Below, in pieces: positions 8,490-15,245 of a stretch of 16,289 nt of DNA (its first letter is position 1; every line of letters begins with the position of its first letter). The DNA comes from Armatimonadota bacterium (lineage in GTDB: Bacteria > Vulcanimicrobiota > JACPDS01 > JBDRKI01), in assembly GCA_043814095.1 (NCBI GenBank), contig JBDRKI010000008.1, forward strand, positions 1 to 16,289, in the 5' to 3' direction. The notes beneath the pieces are model-generated. The model saw nothing but the letters and a program-made list of their open reading frames with translations. It was not told where the DNA came from and did not search any database. The translations under genes were made by a program, and so were the position numbers.

Positions 8490-9137
8490 ATGACAAAAAA
8501 AGATGATTTTACGCCTTTAAAGGCTATTATATATTATATACCGTGGACGGGTTTCTTCTGGGGAGTATTTCTCCCTGTAAACCTTATTTATCTCTTTAAA
8601 TATTTTAATAAACCTATTTTAGGCGTTTATACGGCTCTGCTGTGCTGTGCTCTTTTCTTCTTTATTTATTACGGCATTACTAAAAAGATAAATGTTTTTC
8701 CCATAGTAACTTTTTCAATGACTTCCATAGCCTTTATATCATTTTTTTTAAGGCACCATAAGTATCTTTATTACGCGGTGCTCGGCTCAGGTGATTATAT
8801 GCTTGGTACTATTTTCCTTATCACAATCCTTACACCAAAGCCTTTTATTCTTTACTTTGTGGATGAGGATAATCTTAAAAAAATACCCGATATCATAAGG
8901 GATTCAAAGTATTATTTAAGGGCATGGAAGATAGTTACCGCTGTATGGGGATTGATGTATATAAAGGTTTCGTTGGTATTAACTTATTTAAGATTTATCC
9001 ATTCAAAAGATTTTGATTATATAAGCTTTGTAACAGGATGGCCTATGGTATTGATATTATTAATCTTCAGCGTTCTGTTTCCCCATTATTACTGGAGTGC
9101 TAATATAAAGAATATGGAAAAGAAAGACTTAAATTAA
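8490..9137 (+). CDS. Hypothetical integral membrane protein (about 6 TM)
   Basis: Multiple hydrophobic segments; KPF..YF and ..T.VWG patterns; AAGG RBS; co-oriented 18 nt after the previous gene. Confidence 0.7.
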   Translation: MTKKDDFTPLKAIIYYIPWTGFFWGVFLPVNLIYLFKYFNKPILGVYTALLCCALFFFIYYGITKKINVFPIVTFSMTSIAFISFFLRHHKYLYYAVLGSGDYMLGTIFLITILTPKPFILYFVDEDNLKKIPDIIRDSKYYLRAWKIVTAVWGLMYIKVSLVLTYLRFIHSKDFDYISFVTGWPMVLILLIFSVLFPHYYWSANIKNMEKKDLN

Positions 9138-10237
9138 ACAAATAAAAGAACTATAAATGTTATAAACAAGACAAGCTGTACCGCTCCGCTTAAAGATGTT
9201 GTTTCACCTGATCCGTAACTGTTCATGCTTACCAGCATTGTTACCCCCAATAAAACTGCCTGTACCAGGGTTAATGCCAGGATAACAGGTTTGCTTGCTA
9301 TAATGGATATTATAATAATAGCCGGTATTGTCAGGCTCATTGTTGAAAGAGCAGAGCCGAGAGATATATTCATAACCCTCTGCATATGGTCTTTTGTGCC
9401 TGCCAGAATCGCGGTAAGCGCCTCAGGAGAAAGTATTAAAATGGCAACAACAAGAGAAGCAAGTTCTACAGGCAGGTTTAATACATCAACCCCGTAGTCT
9501 ATTATTACGGCTATTTTTTCACCGACATATGCTATTGAGAGCAGTAATAGAAAAAGAAGGATCATATGGTAAGGCATGCCCTTAAAAACGGGTTCTTTTT
9601 TCACAAAAGAAGGCAGAATACTTTTTTTGGATTCGAAAGTAAAGAAGTACCTGTGTTCTTTTGTCTGTATATGGAGAAATATAAGATAAAGCAATGCTAT
9701 GGGGAAAATCAGGAATACCCGGTAAGCATAAAGGGATTCATGATGTATCACCATGGGAAGGAAAAAGGCTATCCCGGCTATTGTTATTATCATTGAGAAA
9801 AATGCTCTGGAGCTTTTAAAATTATAATGCTGGGCCCCGTGTTTTAAGCCGCCGAAGAGCATTGCAAGCCCTATCTGGGCATTAAGTATAATCATAAGTG
9901 TTGCGTAAATTGTGTCTCTTGCCATTGTGGGATTATTCTTTGTATGCAGCATTATAATTGATATCATAATTACTTCAATTGATACCGCGGATAATGTGAG
10001 TATAAGGGTGCCTAAAGGTTCTCCGGTTTTATGGGCCAGAGTTTCAGCGTGTTTTACCACACCTATTGCTCCTATTATAATTACAAGGAAGAACCATAAG
10101 AATTTAAGCAGTGTGAGCCATTTATTGGCGCCTAGATTTGAAATAATGCTTTTATCAAAAAAAAGTATAATAAGGGCAGTTATAGCTGCGAGGATAAGAC
10201 TTTTTTCTTCTTTTATAAAACGGAGTATCTTTTTCAT
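9134..10237 (-). CDS. chaA: Ca2+/H+ antiporter, CaCA superfamily (ChaA-like)
   Basis: HAE.LA...GEP.GTLILTLS...IEV (alpha-1 repeat), ARDT, L.GG.KHG.Q.YN, ILSPE (alpha-2 repeat), MQR..NISLGSALST..LTIP; about 11 TM segments. Confidence 0.88.
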   Translation of the reverse strand: MKKILRFIKEEKSLILAAITALIILFFDKSIISNLGANKWLTLLKFLWFFLVIIIGAIGVVKHAETLAHKTGEPLGTLILTLSAVSIEVIMISIIMLHTKNNPTMARDTIYATLMIILNAQIGLAMLFGGLKHGAQHYNFKSSRAFFSMIITIAGIAFFLPMVIHHESLYAYRVFLIFPIALLYLIFLHIQTKEHRYFFTFESKKSILPSFVKKEPVFKGMPYHMILLFLLLLSIAYVGEKIAVIIDYGVDVLNLPVELASLVVAILILSPEALTAILAGTKDHMQRVMNISLGSALSTMSLTIPAIIIISIIASKPVILALTLVQAVLLGVTMLVSMNSYGSGETTSLSGAVQLVLFITFIVLLFV

Positions 10238-10374
10238 TACTTCCTCTGTTAATTAAATTAGGAAAAAAAATATTTTATCCTTCATAAATTATCTGAAAAA
10301 TCAGAACTAATTAAAATTAAAGGATAATAATTTGCTTTTGCGAATACCATATTGTTTTGTAAATAGGAGGAAAA

Positions 10375-10875
10375 TTGTCTCCTGAAAAAAGAGAAAGCAG
10401 ATTATCCGATATCTTAAGGTTTTTCGTAAGCATTATAATCTGCCAGCTGGCAGGTATAATAGGGGCTTTTTTCACTTCCGCTTCGGTAAGCTCATGGTAC
10501 GTAACTCTCAATAAGCCTTCTTTTACCCCTCCCGAATGGCTTTTTGCCCCTGTATGGACATCCCTTTATTTTCTTATGAGTATCTCACTTTTTCTTGTAT
10601 GGAGAAAATATAAATGCGAGAAGCAGGCAGGGGAGGCCTTGAAAATATTTATGATCCAGCTTCTTTTAAATATTTTATGGTCTCTTGCATTTTTCGGGAT
10701 GGAAGCACCCCTCAGCGGGTTAGTAATTATAATTATTCTGCTTATCTTCATATTAATTACAATCGTAAAATTCTATAATATATCAAAGTCGGCAGCAATC
10801 CTTCTTATCCCGTATTTCTTATGGGTATGTTATGCATCGGTGCTTAATTTCTATCTCTGGAGGCTCAATATTTGA
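10375..10875 (+). CDS. tspO: TspO/MBR family tryptophan-rich sensory protein
   Basis: WY.TLNKPSFTPP.WLFAPVWT.LY.LM, QL.LN.LWS..FFG, A.LLIPY..WV.YA..LN; AGGAGG RBS before TTG start. Confidence 0.95.
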   Translation: MSPEKRESRLSDILRFFVSIIICQLAGIIGAFFTSASVSSWYVTLNKPSFTPPEWLFAPVWTSLYFLMSISLFLVWRKYKCEKQAGEALKIFMIQLLLNILWSLAFFGMEAPLSGLVIIIILLIFILITIVKFYNISKSAAILLIPYFLWVCYASVLNFYLWRLNI

Positions 10876-11288
10876 GGCTCTGGAGCATACATCCCGGGTA
10901 TCTTTCCGGGCAGCGTCTTACTGCCCTCTGGCGTGAAGCCCTCCTTGCGCAAAAGGTTCTTCAGGGTAAGACAAAAGGTTATAAGAATCATCCCCAGCTT
11001 CTAAGATTTAAAGCACACCCATATCCCTTAAAAGCTATATCGGCTTACCTTATTTATGTACATGAAGAAGCAGAAAAAAGGGGATATAATTTTGATAAAA
11101 GCAAGATAAAAGATACTCCTTCAAAAAGAAAGATACCCGTAACAGACGGACAGCTTAAATATGAATTTAAACATTTATGCATAAAGCTTAAAAAATGTAT
11201 ACCTGCCCGTATTAAAACAGTAAAACAGCATTCTTTTTTTAAAGTTATAAAAGGCGGCATAGAAAAATGGGAAAAGATAAAAAGTTAG
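10872..11288 (+). CDS. Pyrimidine dimer DNA glycosylase / T4 endonuclease V-like protein
   Basis: MRLWSIHP.YL....L.ALWRE.LLAQKVL.G.TKGY.NHPQL.RF, EA..RGYNFD.SKI, VT.GQ..YE..HL. The TTG start overlaps the tspO stop (TTGA). Confidence 0.85.
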   Translation: MRLWSIHPGYLSGQRLTALWREALLAQKVLQGKTKGYKNHPQLLRFKAHPYPLKAISAYLIYVHEEAEKRGYNFDKSKIKDTPSKRKIPVTDGQLKYEFKHLCIKLKKCIPARIKTVKQHSFFKVIKGGIEKWEKIKS

Positions 11289-11719
11289 ATAAATATAACA
11301 GTAAAAGAGATGAGAATATATTTGTTGTCCAGGAACATCACTCTAGTCATCTTCATTATGATTTCCGGCTCCAGATGGAAGGCGTTTTAAAATCATGGGC
11401 GGTACCTAAAGGCATATCCCAAGAACCGTCCATAAGGCGGCTTGCCGTACCTACAGAAGATCACCCTCTCGGGTATGCGAATTTTGAAGGGGCTATCCCT
11501 GAAGGGGAGTACGGAGCAGGTAAGGTCATTATATGGGATAAAGGCACATACGAGAATTTAAATGCAAGACAATCCATTGAAGAATCCTACAAGGCAGGAA
11601 AGCTTGAGGTTTTATTAAAAGGGAAGAAATTAAAAGGCGGATTTGCATTAATCCGCCTTAAAAAAAATCCTAAGGATAAAGAAGCTTCCTGGATTATAAT
11701 AAAGATGAAAAATGATTAA
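11267..11719 (+). CDS. Stand-alone LigD 3'-phosphoesterase (PE) domain protein
   Basis: FVVQEH...HLHYDFRL...GVLKSWAVPKG, RLAV.TEDHP..Y..FEG.IP.GEYGAG.V.IWD.G, G.KL.G.F.L; no ligase or polymerase domain attached. Confidence 0.92.
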   Translation: MGKDKKLDKYNSKRDENIFVVQEHHSSHLHYDFRLQMEGVLKSWAVPKGISQEPSIRRLAVPTEDHPLGYANFEGAIPEGEYGAGKVIIWDKGTYENLNARQSIEESYKAGKLEVLLKGKKLKGGFALIRLKKNPKDKEASWIIIKMKND

Positions 11720-13069
11720 TTATTCTTCATCTTTGCCTTTTCTTATCTGTTCCACTGTTATGGTGCTTGGTTCATAACCCAGCTCAATTGCTTTATCAAG
11801 ATACTTAACTGCTTTATCATGATCTTTTTTCTTGTAATATGATAATGCCATATTGTAATAAACCATTCCGGAAGTAGGATCTAACTTAAGCGCCTTTTTG
11901 TAATATTCAATTGCCTTGTCGTATATTTTATTTGCGGCATAAGCCTTCCCGATATTATTATAAGGGTTCATGTTATCCGGCTGTAATTCAATTACTTTCT
12001 CCCATGCGGCAATTGCTTCTTCATCCATCTGTTTCATGTAATAAGCTATGCCCATGTTATTATATGCTCCGACAAAATAAGGGTTTAAAGCTATTGCCTT
12101 TTTATATAACGCGATAGAGTCATCATAGTTCTCGTTTTCCCTGTAAAGGTTGGCAAGATTATAATAAGGGTCCGCGTATCCGGGATTAACTTCCATGGAT
12201 TTTAAATACATTGCTATGGATTCGTCTTTACGGTCTGTTCTGTGAAAAATCAACCCCAGGTTATTATATGGTTTTGCTAAAAGAGGATCCAGCTCAATTG
12301 CCTTTTTAAGCATCTGTTCGGCTTCGGGCAGTTTCCCCATCTTTATATATACCCCGCCGAGATTATTATACGCTTCTGCGGCTCCGGGATTTATCTGGAT
12401 AGCTTTTTCCCAGTGCAGAACCGCCTCGCCGGTTCTGCCGGTTAAGTGGTAGGAACGTCCCAGGTTAATATGCACATTAGCGTTACCGGGATCTATCTTA
12501 AGAGCTTTTTCAAGGACTTCCAATGCTTTATCGTATTGGCCTGTCTCATGGTAGCCCCATCCCAGCTCATTAAGGTAAGTTATATCATCCGGGTCGAATT
12601 CTACGGCTTTTGCCCATGCTCCGACCGCATCTTTGAGCTTGCCCTGACTCGCGTATACTTCCCCTATATTATAATGGGCAAGGGCGTAATCGGGCTTTAT
12701 CTTAACGGCTTTTTTAAAATATTCCAGAGCTTCGTCATAGAGTTTTGTTCTGTAATAAACCATGCCTGTGTTATTTAATGCAGGTGTATTCTTGGGATCT
12801 ACTTTAAGAACTTTTTTAAACAGGGTAAGCGCTTTGTTTAAGCTTTTATTGTGGTAGTAAGCAAGACCCAGCTGGAACTGCGCTTCTGTATTATCGGGGT
12901 CAAGTTTTACCGCTTTTTCGAGTTCTGTTATCGCCCCTTCATAATTTCCATCGGCGATAAGTTTAATACCCGCTTTAAAACAGTTTTCCGCGCTCTCATC
13001 GGAATAAACCGCAGATGATAAGAATAACGCTAAAATAATAAAAAGAGTTATTATAATATTCTTTTTCAT
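11720..13069 (-). CDS. Secreted tetratricopeptide-repeat protein (about 12 TPRs)
   Basis: Signal peptide, then continuous 34-aa repeats (A/PY.NLG..Y...G..DEA....EKA.E.DP) to the C-terminus; GGAGG RBS. Confidence 0.93.
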   Translation of the reverse strand: MKKNIIITLFIILALFLSSAVYSDESAENCFKAGIKLIADGNYEGAITELEKAVKLDPDNTEAQFQLGLAYYHNKSLNKALTLFKKVLKVDPKNTPALNNTGMVYYRTKLYDEALEYFKKAVKIKPDYALAHYNIGEVYASQGKLKDAVGAWAKAVEFDPDDITYLNELGWGYHETGQYDKALEVLEKALKIDPGNANVHINLGRSYHLTGRTGEAVLHWEKAIQINPGAAEAYNNLGGVYIKMGKLPEAEQMLKKAIELDPLLAKPYNNLGLIFHRTDRKDESIAMYLKSMEVNPGYADPYYNLANLYRENENYDDSIALYKKAIALNPYFVGAYNNMGIAYYMKQMDEEAIAAWEKVIELQPDNMNPYNNIGKAYAANKIYDKAIEYYKKALKLDPTSGMVYYNMALSYYKKKDHDKAVKYLDKAIELGYEPSTITVEQIRKGKDEE

Positions 13070-13200
13070 TTTACCTCCGGAAATATTATTGATAATAAAG
13101 TTTCTTTAAATTAAAATGATGTCCTTTGTATATTTAAGATAGAAATAAAAGCAGGTTTTTTCATCTTTAAAGTGTAAATATACTTAAAGAAAAAGTTGAT

Positions 13201-13323
13201 AACTGCCTTGGCGGTGTTTCAATAACACAGGTTGATGTTTCGTCAACCGGATCAAAATGGTCTTTATAGAATTAGAATGAGATCATACTTACATTGCATG
13301 TAAGTATGATCTGCAAGGCAGTT
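13201..13323 (+). ncRNA. Retron msr-msd non-coding RNA
   Basis: Terminal inverted repeat AACTGCCTTG (13201-13210) / CAAGGCAGTT (13314-13323). Unpaired G13211 lies right after the stem, opposite G13313. msr stem-loops GTGTT/AACAC (13214-13228) and GGTTGATG/CGTCAACC (13230-13248, one G-U). Perfect 15-bp msd hairpin AGATCATACTTACAT-TGC-ATGTAAGTATGATCT (13280-13312). The RT start lies 52 nt downstream. Confidence 0.9.
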
Positions 13324-13325
13324 TA

Positions 13326-13350
13326 CGGGGGCGCGTTTAACGCGCCCCCG
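13326..13350. repeat. GC-rich palindrome/hairpin between retron ncRNA and RT RBS
   Basis: CGGGGGCGCGTT-T-AACGCGCCCCCG: 12-nt arms that are exact reverse complements, with the outer 10 bp all G-C. No U-tract follows on either strand. Confidence 0.85.
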
Positions 13351-13375
13351 CATAAATTAAAATAAGGAGAAATCC

Positions 13376-14248
13376 TTGGGTTTTTTAGATAAACTGCTTA
13401 AAGTTTTTGATAAGGGCAGGGATGCCGATGAGCTTTCCCGGCGGCTCGGCATAACATTTGATGACATTGCATCTGTTACGCCTAAATATTCCACATTTGA
13501 GATTCTCAAGCGCGGCGGCGGGACAAGAAAAATCTTATCTCCTGACAGTAGATTAAAAAAAGTGCAGAGGGTTATACTTCACAGGCTTCTCGGGAGGCTC
13601 CCCGTTCATTCTTCTGCTACGGGTTTTAAGAAAAAATCCTCCATTGTAACCAACACAGTTCCTCATATAAACAAAGAAGTTATTGTCAGGATGGACATAA
13701 AAGATTTTTTCGGTTCTACTCCCTCGGAAAGAGTTGAAAAGTATTTTAAAAAGATCGGATGGAATAAAAAAGTGAGCCGTATTCTTACACATATATGCAC
13801 TTATAACGGCGGCCTGCCTCAGGGAGCTCCCACAAGCCCCGTCTTAAGTAATCTTGTAAATTTCCGTCTGGACGCGAGGTTTTCTAAACTTGCGGAAAAA
13901 TTCAAAGCTTCATACACAAGATATGCCGATGATATTACTTTCTCATTTACGGAAGATAACTCCGTAAAAGTAAGGATGCTGATACAGTACGTCAAAAGTA
14001 TTTTAAAAAACGAAGGATACACCCTTCACCAGAAGAAAAAACTGCATATACGGAGAAAACACCAGCGCCAGATAGTAACGGGACTGGTGGTAAATAAAAA
14101 ACCCAGCCTGCCGCGCAAAACCCGCAGATGGCTGAGGGCTGTGCTGAATAACCATTCTAAGAATAAAAACTGCACTCTTTCACCGAAGCAGATTGAAGGA
14201 TGGCGTTCTTTCTCCGAGATGATAAAAAAAGAAACAAAGTGGATTTAA
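13376..14248 (+). CDS. Retron-type reverse transcriptase (290 aa, no fused effector)
   Basis: I.KRGGGTR.I..P...LK.VQR; region X variant NTVPH (13652-13666; consensus NAxxH); MDIKDFF; LPQGAPTSP.LSN; YTRYADDITFS (YADD 13922-13933); retron region Y VTGLVVN (14075-). AAGGAG RBS at 13364-13369 before TTG. Confidence 0.95.
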   Translation: MGFLDKLLKVFDKGRDADELSRRLGITFDDIASVTPKYSTFEILKRGGGTRKILSPDSRLKKVQRVILHRLLGRLPVHSSATGFKKKSSIVTNTVPHINKEVIVRMDIKDFFGSTPSERVEKYFKKIGWNKKVSRILTHICTYNGGLPQGAPTSPVLSNLVNFRLDARFSKLAEKFKASYTRYADDITFSFTEDNSVKVRMLIQYVKSILKNEGYTLHQKKKLHIRRKHQRQIVTGLVVNKKPSLPRKTRRWLRAVLNNHSKNKNCTLSPKQIEGWRSFSEMIKKETKWI

Positions 14249-14253
14249 AAATT

Positions 14254-15039
14254 ATGAAATACATAAATTGCTTTATCATAATCTTATTAACCGCAGTATT
14301 ATTATCTGCAGGTATATACGCGTCTGATATTAAGATCGATAATACACCTTGGAAAAAGATTGATAATATATGCGCGGTAAAAAAAGTAAAAGTAAAAAGA
14401 GCTTCCGATAACAGTAAATACACCGTCTATTTTATAAGATTTAACCCTAAAAAAACAGAGCTTAAAGTTCTTCCTTCAGATAAATACGGGGACAAGATAA
14501 CCGATGTGAAAACCCTGGCTCAAAAAAGCGGCGCCTTCTGCGTTATAAACGGGGGGTTCTTTGATGAGGATTATAACCCCTTAGGCCTCCTTATAACAGA
14601 AGGAAAGATCTTACAGTATATGCCGGAATACGGCAACTTTGCCGTATTCTGCATTAAATACAATAAGCCCCGGGTGCTGCACAGAAGGGATTTTACCTAT
14701 GACGGGGTTGCCGAAGCCCTGCAGTGCAGTCCGCGCCTTATGTCGGACGGGGTTGATACCTCAGGGGTATGTGATCTTGATAAAGAGAGCAGGAGAAGCG
14801 GAATAGGAATAGATAGTCTCGGGAATATAGTTATATACGCTACAGACGATTCCGTATTCGGTGGGACAAGTTTTACTGACTTAAGAAAGATATTCAGGCT
14901 TTCCGATATAAATTTAAGTTCTGTTTTAAGTTTAGACGGGGGCAAATCAACCCAGCTCTATTTTAATCCGGGCAGGAATAAGATAGATATAAAAGGGTAT
15001 GAGAATATGCCCGTCGGGATAGGCTTTTTTAAGAAATAG
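14254..15039 (+). CDS. Secreted phosphodiester glycosidase family protein (NAGPA/DUF2233-like)
   Basis: Start moved to ATG 14254, which exposes a signal peptide (MKYINCFIIILLTAVLLSAGIYA) 5 nt after the RT stop. Motifs INGGFF, PLGL.I..G, ALQ..P.L, RRSGIGID, LSLDGG.STQL. Confidence 0.82.
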   Translation: MKYINCFIIILLTAVLLSAGIYASDIKIDNTPWKKIDNICAVKKVKVKRASDNSKYTVYFIRFNPKKTELKVLPSDKYGDKITDVKTLAQKSGAFCVINGGFFDEDYNPLGLLITEGKILQYMPEYGNFAVFCIKYNKPRVLHRRDFTYDGVAEALQCSPRLMSDGVDTSGVCDLDKESRRSGIGIDSLGNIVIYATDDSVFGGTSFTDLRKIFRLSDINLSSVLSLDGGKSTQLYFNPGRNKIDIKGYENMPVGIGFFKK

Positions 15040-15124
15040 ATCAAAATAGTTAAAAAATCCTATAAAATAATATATTTTTACACTTCTTTCCGTTATTCCT
15101 ATATATAATATATATGTAAAAAGT

Positions 15125-15204
15125 AAAAAAGTTAACAAATTGTTAACTTTTTTTTAATATTTGTAACAATTTGGCAACAATTTGGCAATATAGCTTTGTT
15201 ACAA
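15125..15204. promoter_or_regulatory. Cluster of inverted and direct repeats, probable regulator-binding region upstream of ORF 15246
   Basis: 14-bp perfect inverted repeat AAAAAAGTTAACAA-A-TTGTTAACTTTTTT (15125-15153); tandem 11-mer AACAATTTGGC x2 (15165-15186); inverted pair TTGTAACAA (15161-15169) / TTGTTACAA (15196-15204). Confidence 0.55.
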
Positions 15205-15245
15205 TTAAAGTGTAGATATATATATTATATATAGTTAGGTTATTT

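Noticed and set aside
11720-13069. TPR gene as the retron effector, or its periodicity as a DNA repeat array
   Set aside because: It is divergently transcribed, has a signal peptide and has no catalytic domain. The 102-nt periodicity is explained by protein TPR repeats.
13150-13190. Retron promoter (TATACT at 13179-13184; GCAGG-T-rich upstream element)
   Set aside because: The position is plausible, but there is no properly spaced -35 and the region is very AT-rich, so it is too ambiguous to call.
13326-13350. GC hairpin as a classical intrinsic terminator
   Set aside because: No U-tract follows on the plus strand (CATAAATT) or on the minus strand (TAAACTG).
13376-14248. RT as group II intron, DGR, CRISPR-associated or Abi-type RT
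   Set aside because: No maturase/endonuclease extension or intron RNA, no TR/VR repeat pair or avd gene, and no cas genes or array in the window. The VTG motif, region X and msr-msd point to a retron.
14200-14253. ORF-track start at 14200 overlapping the RT by 49 nt
   Set aside because: ATG 14254 places the signal peptide at the N-terminus and removes the overlap.
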